DNA of 64,000 bases from an uncultured bacterium (GTDB taxonomy: Bacteria > Krumholzibacteriota > Krumholzibacteriia > Krumholzibacteriales > Krumholzibacteriaceae): positions 320,001 to 384,000 of the forward strand of contig CAWFAD010000007.1 in NCBI GenBank assembly GCA_963813815.1, written 5' to 3'. Positions 37,359 to 47,059 of this stretch are shown here, one piece after another (the first letter of the stretch is position 1; each line of letters begins with the position of its first letter). Below the pieces are notes generated by a model. It worked only from the letters and a program-made list of their open reading frames with translations, did not search any database and was not told the origin of the DNA. Made by a program: the position numbers and the translations under genes.

Positions 37359-40036
37359 CGGAAAAGGCTTGGCCGGCGCACGAGATCCGACGCTCGTTCA
37401 TAGAATTCTTCAAGGCCCGGGGCCATACCGAGGTGCCGAGCGCTCCGCTCGTGCCGAAGGGGGATCCGACGCTGCTCTTCACCTCCGCCGGGATGGTGCA
37501 GTTCAAGGATCTCTATCTCCATCCGCACAACCTCCCGTACGCGCGCGCGACGAGCGTTCAGAAATGTCTGCGCGCGGGGGACCTCGACAGCGTCGGCCGC
37601 ACGCTCCGGCACCACACCTTCTTCGAGATGCTCGGCAATTTCAGCTTCGGCGATTACTTCAAGCGCGAGGCGATCCAGTGGGCGTGGGAGTACTGCATCG
37701 ACGTTCTCGATCTTCCCGTCGAGAAGCTCTCGGTGAGCGTGTTCGAGGACGACGACGAGGCCTACGACATCTGGAACCGGGAGATCGGCGTTCCCGCGGC
37801 GAAGATCGCGCGTCTCGGCCGCAAGGACAACTTCTGGGGGCCGGTCGGCGCCACCGGAATCTGCGGCCCTTGCAGCGAGATCTACTACGACAGCGGCGTC
37901 GATCGCGGATGCGGCAAGTCCTCCTGCGGCACCGGTTGCGACTGCGACCGGTACCTCGAGTTCTGGAACCTCGTCTTCCCGCAGTTCTTTCTCGAGGAGG
38001 GCGGCGTCTACCGGCCCCTGGAAAAGCCGGGGATCGATACGGGGCTCGGGCTCGAGAGGCTCGCGATGATTCTCCAGGGGGTCGAGGACAACTATCATAC
38101 CGATCTCTTCGATCCGATCGTGGAGCCGCTCCTCGATCTGTTTCCTCCCGAGCGCCGCATCACCCCCGGCGACCGCATGGGGATCAACATGGTCGCCGAC
38201 CACGCGCGGGCCCTCGCCTTCACGGTGAGCGAGGGGATCTACCCCTCGAACGAGGGGCGGGGTTACCTCGTTCGGCGACTGCTGCGCCGGGCCCTCACGC
38301 GCTTTTACTCGTACGGCATCGAGGAGCCGTTTCTGCACCGTCTCATCGGAACCGTCGTCTCGGCGATGGGAGAGGATTACCCCGAGCTGGGGGCGCGCCG
38401 CGCCGAGACGGAAAAGATCGTCAGGGCGGAGGAGGAGAGCTTCTTCCGCACGCTCGAGGACGGCAAGAGGCGCTTCGCCGCCATCGTGGGCGAGGCGAGG
38501 GAGCGGGGAGAGACGGTCATCGACGGGGAGCGGGTGTTTCTGCTCCACGATACGTACGGTTTTCCGCTCGAGCTCACGCGCGCGCTCGCCGCGGCCGAAT
38601 CGTTCGGCGTCGACGAGGCCGGATTCGAAACGGCGATGGAAGAGCAGCGGCGGAGAGCGCAGGAGCAGAGCTCGTTCGCCTCGGGCGGCGCCGAGATCGT
38701 GTCGATGACCCGCGTGACGGAGGGGGCGGGCTCGGAGTTCGTCGGCTACGAGAGCCTCGGCGCGGAGGCCGTGGCGAGAAGCTTCCGCGCCGTCGAACGC
38801 TCGCGGCGGCCCGATCTTGCCTGGAGCTCCGCCGAGGGATTCGCGCTCGAGATCGTCGTCGACCGCACTCCCTTCTACGCCACGTCCGGCGGCCAGACGG
38901 CGGATCGGGGCTGGATCGAGATCGACGGGCGGCGCCTCGAGGTGAGGGACGTCGTGAAGCGCGGCGGCGATGTCGTGCATGTCGTCGAATCGCCGTGGCG
39001 GGGGGAGGAGGCCGCCTCGCTCCTCGCGGCGAACCCGCGCGTCCGTCTCGAAGTGAATACCGAGGAGCGCCTCGCGATCGCTCGGAACCATACGGCGACC
39101 CACCTGCTCCACGCGGCGTTGCGCGGGATCGTCGGCGCCCACGTCGCGCAGGCGGGTTCCCTCGTCGAGGGAGAGCGGCTGCGGTTCGATTTCAACCACT
39201 ACGAGCCCGTCGCGCGGGAGACGCTTCGCGAGATCGAGCGCCGAGTGAACGGCTGGATCCGCGACGCGATCGATCTCCGGACGGAATGGATGGGATACCA
39301 GGAAGCGGTCGAGCGCGGGACCATCGCGCTCTTCGGTGAGAAATACGGCGCGCGGGTGCGCGTCGTTCGCGTCGAGGGCGTCTCCGCCGAGCTCTGCGGC
39401 GGAACGCATCTCAGAAACACGGGCCAGATCGGTCTCTTTCTCGTCACGGCGGAGAGCGGCGTGGCCGCGGGCGTGCGCCGGATCGAGGCCGTGACGGGGA
39501 CCGGCGCGCTGGCCCGAGTCCACGCGCTCGGGGAGGAGCAGGGCGAGATCGCGGAGCTCCTGCGCGCCTCGCGCGGCGAGGCGGCCGGGCGCGTGCGCGC
39601 CCTTCTCGGCGAGATGGACGAGCTGCGCTGCGAGCTGAAGCGGGCGGAGAAGGGCGGCGCCGGCGAGGCGCTCGATCGCATCATCGCCGCCGGCTCGATG
39701 ATCGAAGGCGTCTTCGTGGCGAGCGGGAGTCTCGCCGTAAAGGACCTCGGCGCGCTCCGCGCGCAGGCGGACGTGTTCCGGGGGAAGGTAAAGAGCGGGG
39801 TCGCGGTGCTCGCGGCCGAGCTCAACGAGAAGATGCAATACATCGTCGCGGTGAGCGACGATCTCGTCGAGCGCGGCGTCGCCGCCGACGCAATCGTGCG
39901 AGAGCTCGCGGCGATCGCCGGCGGCGGGGGCGGGGGAAAGAAGCATCTCGCCCAGCTCGGCACGAAGGATCTCGAAAGCGCGGGGCGGGTGTTCGGAGCC
40001 ATCGCCGGCATCGTCGCGCGGCTCGCTTCGAAGTGA
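37355..40036 (+). CDS. alaS: alanine--tRNA ligase
   Basis: DPTLLFTSAGMVQFK, HHTFFEMLGNFSFGDYFK, NHTATHLLH, ELCGGTH, GGGGGK. Confidence 0.98.
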   Translation: MTEKAWPAHEIRRSFIEFFKARGHTEVPSAPLVPKGDPTLLFTSAGMVQFKDLYLHPHNLPYARATSVQKCLRAGDLDSVGRTLRHHTFFEMLGNFSFGDYFKREAIQWAWEYCIDVLDLPVEKLSVSVFEDDDEAYDIWNREIGVPAAKIARLGRKDNFWGPVGATGICGPCSEIYYDSGVDRGCGKSSCGTGCDCDRYLEFWNLVFPQFFLEEGGVYRPLEKPGIDTGLGLERLAMILQGVEDNYHTDLFDPIVEPLLDLFPPERRITPGDRMGINMVADHARALAFTVSEGIYPSNEGRGYLVRRLLRRALTRFYSYGIEEPFLHRLIGTVVSAMGEDYPELGARRAETEKIVRAEEESFFRTLEDGKRRFAAIVGEARERGETVIDGERVFLLHDTYGFPLELTRALAAAESFGVDEAGFETAMEEQRRRAQEQSSFASGGAEIVSMTRVTEGAGSEFVGYESLGAEAVARSFRAVERSRRPDLAWSSAEGFALEIVVDRTPFYATSGGQTADRGWIEIDGRRLEVRDVVKRGGDVVHVVESPWRGEEAASLLAANPRVRLEVNTEERLAIARNHTATHLLHAALRGIVGAHVAQAGSLVEGERLRFDFNHYEPVARETLREIERRVNGWIRDAIDLRTEWMGYQEAVERGTIALFGEKYGARVRVVRVEGVSAELCGGTHLRNTGQIGLFLVTAESGVAAGVRRIEAVTGTGALARVHALGEEQGEIAELLRASRGEAAGRVRALLGEMDELRCELKRAEKGGAGEALDRIIAAGSMIEGVFVASGSLAVKDLGALRAQADVFRGKVKSGVAVLAAELNEKMQYIVAVSDDLVERGVAADAIVRELAAIAGGGGGGKKHLAQLGTKDLESAGRVFGAIAGIVARLASK

Positions 40037-40119
40037 TCGCCGGAACGGGCGCCGCTCGCGGAGCGACCCGTGCCGGTGGAGACGGTATCGAGCGAACGAA
40101 TAACGAGCGGAGTTCCAGC

Positions 40120-41601
40120 ATGAAAATGACGACGGTCTTCATCGCGATCGTTCTCCTGGGTTTCTCGGCGGCGACCGCCGCCGCCCCCGGACTCCTCGAG
40201 CGGGACGTTCTCGCGCGGAGCGGCTCGCGGGCGCTCGCGGACTCCCCGCGGGAGGGGTCGAAAACCGCCGCGGAGGAGGTTCGGCAAGCGGCCCTGCCGC
40301 GCGAGGCGGCCCTCGAGGGGGCGATCGATCCGGCCGAATACGTTCTCGGACCGGGGGACGAGCTCATCGTGAGCGTCGTGGGGCCCGACTCGAGATCGTT
40401 CGTCGCCGTCGTGCTCCCCGAAGGAGACGTCTTTCTGCCCGAAATCGGCGCCGTCCGCGCGGACGGGCTGACGCTCGAGGCGTTTCGCGCCTCCCTCGCC
40501 GAGGCGATCGGCCGCCACTTCCGCAACGTCGACCTCTACTGCTTCCTCAAGACCCCGGCCCGTCTGCGCGTCTTCGTGACGGGCGAGGTGAATACCCCCG
40601 GCGCGGTCGAGGTCTCCGGCATCGAACGCGTCGCCGACGCGATCGCTCGAGCGGGCGGCGCCACGAAACTCGGCTCGTCGCGCCTCGTGACCGTCGAGAG
40701 AGAAGGAGCGCTCGTCAGGGTCGACCTGCAGCGCTTTCTCGCGCAGGGGGATTTCGCGAACAACCCGCACCTGCGCAGCGGCGACCGCATACACGTTCCG
40801 CCGAAGGGCTCGTACGCTGTCATTTACGGGGAAGTCAAAAAGCCGGGCTGGTACGAGATACTCGAGGGGGAGACGATTCGCGATCTCATCTCGATCGCGG
40901 GCGGTTTCACGACCGACGCGCTCGGCGACAGCGTCGTATTCGCGCGCGTCCAGCCGGGAGGCGGCGTGCGATCCGAGACGATCCCCTCCTCGGACATGGA
41001 CGCGGGGCTCGTCGACAAGGACGAGGTGGGCGTGTTCAGCCGGTTCAAGTACCGGAGGTTCGTGTACGTCGAGGGAGCGATGCAGCGTATCGGACGCATC
41101 TACCTCGCCGAGAACGAGGGGCTCACCGAGCTCATCGTCCGGGCGGGCGGGTTTACGCCCGACGCCGATCTCTCGTCGGCGTACGTCGCCAAGCGCGGCT
41201 CCGGCGTGCTCCGGGTAAACCTGCGCGAGTACCTCGCGCCGAACGCGGAAAAGAGCCTCCTCCTCGACGACGGGGACGTGCTCGCGATCCCGCGCGTGCC
41301 GAAGACCGTCACCGTGGGGGGAGAGGTCAACAATCCCGGCGAGTTCGAGTACATGGGCGATCTGACGATCGTCCAGTACATCGGGCTCGCGGGAGGGCCC
41401 ACGAAGGAAGGCAGCGTCGACCGGGTCGTGGTCTACGCTAAGGACGGAACGGCGCGCAACGTCTCGCGCGACGACCTTCCGAACAGAGGAGACGTGATCG
41501 TCGTGAAGCGGTCGTTCTCGCGGATTCTCGCGGACGTCTTCCGCGGCGTGCTGAGCGCCGGGACGTTCGTCGTATCGGTCCTCATTCTCGCGACCAATTG
41601 A
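40120..41601 (+). CDS. polysaccharide export protein with SLBB domains (Wza/KpsD-like)
   Basis: signal peptide, YVLGPGDEL, repeated V.GEV..PG and AGG SLBB motifs, C-terminal amphipathic helix. Confidence 0.85.
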   Translation: MKMTTVFIAIVLLGFSAATAAAPGLLERDVLARSGSRALADSPREGSKTAAEEVRQAALPREAALEGAIDPAEYVLGPGDELIVSVVGPDSRSFVAVVLPEGDVFLPEIGAVRADGLTLEAFRASLAEAIGRHFRNVDLYCFLKTPARLRVFVTGEVNTPGAVEVSGIERVADAIARAGGATKLGSSRLVTVEREGALVRVDLQRFLAQGDFANNPHLRSGDRIHVPPKGSYAVIYGEVKKPGWYEILEGETIRDLISIAGGFTTDALGDSVVFARVQPGGGVRSETIPSSDMDAGLVDKDEVGVFSRFKYRRFVYVEGAMQRIGRIYLAENEGLTELIVRAGGFTPDADLSSAYVAKRGSGVLRVNLREYLAPNAEKSLLLDDGDVLAIPRVPKTVTVGGEVNNPGEFEYMGDLTIVQYIGLAGGPTKEGSVDRVVVYAKDGTARNVSRDDLPNRGDVIVVKRSFSRILADVFRGVLSAGTFVVSVLILATN

Positions 41602-41608
41602 GGCTGTT

Positions 41609-42202
41609 ATGAATGAAGCTGCTCCCTACGTACGCCAGGTCCGCTCCGAGCTCGACGCGCTCCGCCGGACGCTCGAGTCGTTTCCCGAATCCGAGGCGGA
41701 AAAGCTCGTTCGCATGGCCCGCATCATCGCCGAGGCGATCCGCGCCGGCCGGGTCGTTTTTACGTGCGGCAACGGGGGATCCGCGGCGGACGCCCAGCAC
41801 ATCGCCGGGGAGCTCGTCGGCCGGTTCCGCCACAAAGTGCGCGGGTACAAGGCCTCCGCCCTCACGACGAACAGCTCCGTCGTGACGGCGCTCGCGAACG
41901 ATTTTTCGTTCGAGGAGGTGTTCTCGAAGCAAATCGAAAGCCGCGGCGAACGGGGAGACGTGCTCCTCGCGCTCTCGACGAGCGGCGGCTCTCCGAACGT
42001 GGTGCGCGCGGTCGAGGAGGCGAAGCGGCTCGGGCTCCACACCCTCGCCTTCTCGGGCAAGGGGGGCGGGACGCTCGCGGCCGCGGCCGAGGTCGCCGTC
42101 GTGGTTCCGCACGACGATTTCGCCCGCATACAGGAAGTGCACATGACCCTCGGGCATATTCTGTGCGGTCTCGTCGAGGACATGATCGTCCCCCGTACCT
42201 GA
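41609..42202 (+). CDS. gmhA: phosphoheptose isomerase
   Basis: CGNGGSAADAQH, ALANDFSF, STSGGSPN, RIQEVH. Confidence 0.93.
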   Translation: MNEAAPYVRQVRSELDALRRTLESFPESEAEKLVRMARIIAEAIRAGRVVFTCGNGGSAADAQHIAGELVGRFRHKVRGYKASALTTNSSVVTALANDFSFEEVFSKQIESRGERGDVLLALSTSGGSPNVVRAVEEAKRLGLHTLAFSGKGGGTLAAAAEVAVVVPHDDFARIQEVHMTLGHILCGLVEDMIVPRT

Positions 42203-42223
42203 CCGGAGGAGCGGCTCGAGCCG

Positions 42224-43342
42224 ATGACCGGCGATCCCGCCATTCTCTTCCTCACGAAATACGGACGCCGCGGCCCGAGCAGCAGGTACCGCGTTCTCCA
42301 GTACCTTCCGTATCTCGAATCGCACGGTTTCCGCTGCGTCGTGCAGAGCCTCAACGACGACGAGTACCTCGACGCTCTCTACGCGGGCAGACGCCCGTCG
42401 CCCCTCTACAGCGTCTCGCGCCTGTGGGAGCGCGTCCGCGCCGTGGCCTCGGCGCGGGAGTACGCGTGCGTGTTCGTCCAGAAGGAGCTCGCGCCCTACG
42501 TTCCCCACTTCCTCGAGCGGCGGCTCGCCGCCTCGCGCGTGCCGGTCGTCCACGACATCGACGACGCGATCTTTCTCAATTACGAGCGTTCCCGGAGCCC
42601 CGTCGTGCGGCGCGCGCTCGGCGGAAAGATCCCCGAGGCGCTCTCCCTCGCGACGGTCGTGCTCGCCGGAAACGAGCACCTCGCCGAGTACGCCTCGCGC
42701 TGGAACCCCCGGACGGTCCTGTTTCCGACGGTCGTCGACCCGGCGAAATACGAGGCGGCGAGGCGCACGGCGCGCGGAGGGGCGGAGCGCTGCGACACGG
42801 CGCCGGTCGTCGTGTGGATCGGCACCCCGGAAACCGCGCCCTTCATCGAGGAGTGCCGCGAGGCGATCCGCGAGGCCTCCCGGCGCTGCCGGTTCGCCTT
42901 CCGCGTCGTCGGGGCGACGAGGGTCGCGAGCCAGCAGCCGCGCGTGGAGGCGGTTCCCTGGAGCGAGGACACCGAGGCGGACGTGCTGGCGCGCTCGGAC
43001 ATCGGGATCATGCCGCTTCCGCCCAACGATTGGTCGAAGGGCAAGTGCGGCCTCAAGGTTCTTCAGTACATGGCGAGCGCGCTTCCCGTCGTCGCCTCGC
43101 CGACGGGAGGGGCGGAGCGCATCGTCGCGCACGGAGAAACCGGTTTTCTCGCGCGCACGCGCGAAGAATGGGTCGAGCATCTCGTGGCGCTCGTCGAGCG
43201 GCCCGAGCTGCGCCGGGCGATGGGGGAGCGCGGCGCCGAGCGCGTGCGGGAGTCGTGGAGCCTCGAACGATGGGCGCCGCGCATGGCGGAAGTGCTCTCG
43301 CGCTGCGTGCGGGGAGGAACGTGGGAGGATTTCGATTGGTGA
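42224..43342 (+). CDS. glycosyltransferase family 4
   Basis: PSSRYR, DIDDAIF, DIGIMPL..GKCGLKVLQYMA..PVVASP. Confidence 0.9.
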   Translation: MTGDPAILFLTKYGRRGPSSRYRVLQYLPYLESHGFRCVVQSLNDDEYLDALYAGRRPSPLYSVSRLWERVRAVASAREYACVFVQKELAPYVPHFLERRLAASRVPVVHDIDDAIFLNYERSRSPVVRRALGGKIPEALSLATVVLAGNEHLAEYASRWNPRTVLFPTVVDPAKYEAARRTARGGAERCDTAPVVVWIGTPETAPFIEECREAIREASRRCRFAFRVVGATRVASQQPRVEAVPWSEDTEADVLARSDIGIMPLPPNDWSKGKCGLKVLQYMASALPVVASPTGGAERIVAHGETGFLARTREEWVEHLVALVERPELRRAMGERGAERVRESWSLERWAPRMAEVLSRCVRGGTWEDFDW

Positions 43343-44496
43343 AGGTGCTGCAGCTCTGCGCGGTCGATTTTACGGCGTACCACCTGCTCCGGCCGCTCGG
43401 CCTCGGGTTGCGGGAGGCGGGATTCGAGGTCGTTTTCTGCTGCTCCCCCGGCGAGGGGCTCGATCTCCTCGCCGCGGAGGGGTTCGAGACGCGAGCGGTT
43501 CCGATCGCGAGATCCTACAACGTCGCGAGCCACGCGCGCTCGTTCGCCGCGCTGCTCGCTCTCATGCGCCGCGAGCGGTTCGAGATCGTTCACGCCCACA
43601 CGCCGGTCGCGGGGCTCATCGGCCGCGCGGCGGCCCGGGCCGCCCGCGTGCCGATCGTGGCCTACACGGCGCACGGATTCTATTTTCACGAGGGAATGAG
43701 CCCCTCCGTGCACGCGTTTTTCGTCGGGCTCGAGAAACGGGCCGCTGCCTGGAGCGACGTCGTCTTCGTGCAGAGCCGGGAGGATTGGCAGGAGGCGCTT
43801 CGCCTGCGCATCGCCCCGCCGGAGCGTCTCGTCCACATCGGGAACGGCGTCGACCCGGCGCGGTTCGGCGGCGGCCTCCACGCGGCGGCGGCCGCGCGCT
43901 TCCGCGCGGAGCGCGGGATCTCCTCGGCTCCCGTCGCCGGCTTCGTCGGGCGCATCGTCCGCGAGAAGGGGGCGGTCGAGTTCGTGCGCGCCGCCGCGAT
44001 CGTGAAGCGAGACGTGGCGGGCGCGAAGTTCGTCATGGTCGGCGAGCCGCTTCCGAGCGACCGCGACTCGTGCCTCGGCGAGATCGAGCGGCTCCGCGGC
44101 GAGCTCGGGCTCGGCGGGGACCTCGTGCTCACGGGTTACCGAAAGGACGTTCCGGCGCTCCTCGCCTCCTTCGATCTCTTCGCGCTCCCGAGCCATCGAG
44201 AGGGAATGCCGCGCGCGCTGCTCGAGGCGATGGCGTCCGGTCTTCCCGTCGTCGCGACGAACATCCGGGGCTGCCGCGAGGAGGTCGTGAACGGCGAGAC
44301 GGGGATTCTCGTCCCGCCGGGGGACCATGCGGCGCTCGCCGGGGCGATGAGCCGACTTCTCCGCTCGCGCCAGCTCATGTCGGACATGGGAGCGGCGGGG
44401 CGGGCCCGGGCGCTCGAGCATTTCGACGAGCGGAGAATCGTCGCCGCGCAGGTCGCCGCCTTGAGCAGGCTCGCCGACGCGAAACTCGAGAAATAG
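43339..44496 (+). CDS. glycosyltransferase family 4 (CapM-like)
   Basis: HAHTPVAG, YTAHGFYF, GRIVREKG, PSHREGMPRALLEAMA; GTGA overlap. Confidence 0.9.
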   Translation: MKVLQLCAVDFTAYHLLRPLGLGLREAGFEVVFCCSPGEGLDLLAAEGFETRAVPIARSYNVASHARSFAALLALMRRERFEIVHAHTPVAGLIGRAAARAARVPIVAYTAHGFYFHEGMSPSVHAFFVGLEKRAAAWSDVVFVQSREDWQEALRLRIAPPERLVHIGNGVDPARFGGGLHAAAAARFRAERGISSAPVAGFVGRIVREKGAVEFVRAAAIVKRDVAGAKFVMVGEPLPSDRDSCLGEIERLRGELGLGGDLVLTGYRKDVPALLASFDLFALPSHREGMPRALLEAMASGLPVVATNIRGCREEVVNGETGILVPPGDHAALAGAMSRLLRSRQLMSDMGAAGRARALEHFDERRIVAAQVAALSRLADAKLEK

Positions 44497-44497
44497 C

Positions 44498-44526
44498 TTG
44501 TGAGCTCGCGCCCCGTCCGGTATCAT
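44498..44526 (+). promoter_or_regulatory. putative sigma70 promoter
   Basis: TTGTGA-17 nt-TATCAT upstream of 44576. Confidence 0.5.
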
Positions 44527-44575
44527 CACGCAATCGCTTGAGCCCATTCATCGAAGCGTCGCGAGGCCGCGCGGT

Positions 44576-47059
44576 ATGGCTGACGTCTTGTTTTTTGCAG
44601 AGGCGTTTCTGGTGTCGTACCTGCTCACGGGCGCGATCCTCCGTTTTTCGCTCCGGCGCCGCCTGCTCGACGTCCCGAATGACCGGAGCTCTCACTCGAT
44701 CCCCAAACCGCGCCTCGGCGGCGTGGCGATAACCGCAGCCTTTTACGCCGCTTGCGCGACCATGCTCATCTCCGGCGCGAGGCCCTTCTCTTCCGGCGTC
44801 GCGTTCGCGGGGGTCCTCGCGGGTGGGGCGATCATCGCGCTCGTCGGGCTCATCGACGATCTGCGGGGTCTCGACGCCCGGCTCAAGCTCCTCGCGCAGA
44901 TCATCGCCGCCTCGCTCGCCGTCGCCTCCGGCCTCGTGCTCCACGAGTTCAAGCTGCCGCTCGTGGGCACGCTCGATCTCGGCGCGTTCGGCGCCGCCGC
45001 CACCATTCTCTGGATCGTCGCCATCGTCAACTTCTACAACTTCATCGACGGCATCGACGGGCTCGCGGCCGGCATCGGCATGATCGCTTCGTCGTTCCTC
45101 TACTTTCTGGCGGGGCTCGCGGACGCCGCCGGCCTCGGATGCCTCTACGCGGCGATGGCAGGCTCCTCCTTCGGCTTTCTCCGATTCAACTTTCCACCCG
45201 CGCGCATTTTCATGGGGGATATGGGGAGCACGTTCATCGGCTACGTCTTCGCCGTGCTCGCCGTCGCGGCCGAGGGGCTCGGCGTTCCCGCCTTTCTCAC
45301 GCTGCTGCTGCTCGGGAGCGCGATCGGCGACGCCGCCCTCACGTTGGCGAGACGGGCGCTTCGGCGCGAGCGGCTGCTGTCGCCGCACCGGACGCACTAC
45401 TACCAGCGCCTCACGAGTCTCGGCCTCTCGCACAAGCAGGTCACCCTGCTCGAGTATCTCGTCACGACGCTCCTCGGCGTGAGCGCGATACTGGCGTATC
45501 ATCAGCAGTGGACTTTCATCGTCTTCCTTTCCGTCATGTGGATCGGATTCTTCCTCTGGACGCTCGCGAAGATTCGGAGCATGGAGCAGGGGAAACGCCT
45601 CTTTTGGGCGGGCCGGGCGCTCGGCATAGCGTTCGGCGACCTCGCGTTCATCGGGCTCAGCTACGTGCTGAGCTACTGGCTGCGACTCAACTTCCGCTTT
45701 CCCGAGGCGGAGACCGCCTCCATGCTCATGAGCCTTCCGATCGTGCTCGTGATCCGCACGGCCGTGTTCTTTTGGTACGGGCTCTACCGGAACGTCTGGC
45801 GCTACACCAACTTCGACGACGTCGTCCGGATCGTCAAGGCCGTCTCCGTCGGCTCCGCCGTCATGGTGGCCTCCTTCACGTTCCTCTTCCGGTTCCAGGC
45901 GTTCCCGCGCTCCGCGTTCATCATCGACTGGTTCATCCTCATCGTTTTCATGGCCGGCTCGCGGATTGCGACCCGCTGGTTTCACGAGCTGCCCGCCCGC
46001 GAGGACATAGGGGCGAAGCGCGTCATCATCGCGGGAACGGGCCCCGCGGCGGAGCTCGCGCTCGCACAGATCAAGCGCGTCGGAGGCCTCGAGCCGATCG
46101 GCTGTCTCGACGACCGGGTCGAGATGACGGGAAGGGTCGCACACGGCCTCGCCGTTCTCGGCACCCTCGCCGGGGCCGACGCCGTGGCGCGGGCGCATCG
46201 CGCCGACGAGATAGTGGCGATCGCGGCGTTTCTCGACCGAATCCCGCGAAGCGTTCGCTCGGCGCTCGAGCGCGACGGGATCCCGGTGCACGTCATCGGC
46301 GACCCCGCGGAGTACCCGGAGGCGCGCGCGCATGAGGAGCCCCCGTGCGCGCTCATGCGCGTGCTCGTCGCGGGGAACGGCCCGCTGCTCGAGCGGGCGG
46401 GGGAGATCTTCGCGGGCTCCTCGCGGATCGCGATCGCCGCCGACGATCCCCGCTCGCTCGATGGGTGCGCGCGGGTCGGCGCGGGAGCGATCCCGCGCGA
46501 GTCGTGCTTCCTCGGGGTTCTCGGCGACCGTGCCGCTCTCCGGAACGTCTTCGAGCGGAGCGAGCCGGAGATCGTATTCGCCGATCTCACGACGCGGGAG
46601 GCGCCGGTCGCGAATCCTCTCGAGGCCTCCTGCCGCGCGGTCGTCGCGCCGCTCGAACGGATAGCCGCCGAGTCGCTGAAGCGGGGCGTCCGGCTCGTCG
46701 CCGTTCTGCGGGATGCCGAGGCGGGCGCCGCGGCCGACGCCGCCGAGGCCGTGCTGCGGGACGTCTTTCGAGACGATCCTCCGCGTCTGTCGATTCTCCG
46801 GATCGATCGCGAGCCGCGCTCCGGGGAGTGGGGCTCGCTCCTCCGGACGCTCGTCGAGCGCGGCGGGGGCGTGTATCGGGCCCTCCGCGACGACGCGGCG
46901 GGCGGAGCGATCGTCGTGCAGCCGATCCCGCGGGGGAGCGCACCCGAGGTGCGCGAGCTCTATCTCGCGCTCCTGCGGAGCCTCGACGGGGGGGACGGGA
47001 CCTCGCTCGAGCGCGCGCTCGCCGAGATCGCGCGCGGCGTGGGGGAGCATGTTTCGTAA
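44576..47059 (+). CDS. WecA/MraY-family polyprenyl-phosphate sugar-1-phosphate transferase fused to CapD/PglF-like domains
   Basis: DVPNDRSSH..PRLGG, GLIDD, NFYNFIDGIDGLA, FNFPPARIFMGDMGS, HRTHYYQRL; then GLYRNVWRY..FPRS CapD-type membrane region and Rossmann-like remnants. Confidence 0.85.
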   Translation: MADVLFFAEAFLVSYLLTGAILRFSLRRRLLDVPNDRSSHSIPKPRLGGVAITAAFYAACATMLISGARPFSSGVAFAGVLAGGAIIALVGLIDDLRGLDARLKLLAQIIAASLAVASGLVLHEFKLPLVGTLDLGAFGAAATILWIVAIVNFYNFIDGIDGLAAGIGMIASSFLYFLAGLADAAGLGCLYAAMAGSSFGFLRFNFPPARIFMGDMGSTFIGYVFAVLAVAAEGLGVPAFLTLLLLGSAIGDAALTLARRALRRERLLSPHRTHYYQRLTSLGLSHKQVTLLEYLVTTLLGVSAILAYHQQWTFIVFLSVMWIGFFLWTLAKIRSMEQGKRLFWAGRALGIAFGDLAFIGLSYVLSYWLRLNFRFPEAETASMLMSLPIVLVIRTAVFFWYGLYRNVWRYTNFDDVVRIVKAVSVGSAVMVASFTFLFRFQAFPRSAFIIDWFILIVFMAGSRIATRWFHELPAREDIGAKRVIIAGTGPAAELALAQIKRVGGLEPIGCLDDRVEMTGRVAHGLAVLGTLAGADAVARAHRADEIVAIAAFLDRIPRSVRSALERDGIPVHVIGDPAEYPEARAHEEPPCALMRVLVAGNGPLLERAGEIFAGSSRIAIAADDPRSLDGCARVGAGAIPRESCFLGVLGDRAALRNVFERSEPEIVFADLTTREAPVANPLEASCRAVVAPLERIAAESLKRGVRLVAVLRDAEAGAAADAAEAVLRDVFRDDPPRLSILRIDREPRSGEWGSLLRTLVERGGGVYRALRDDAAGGAIVVQPIPRGSAPEVRELYLALLRSLDGGDGTSLERALAEIARGVGEHVS

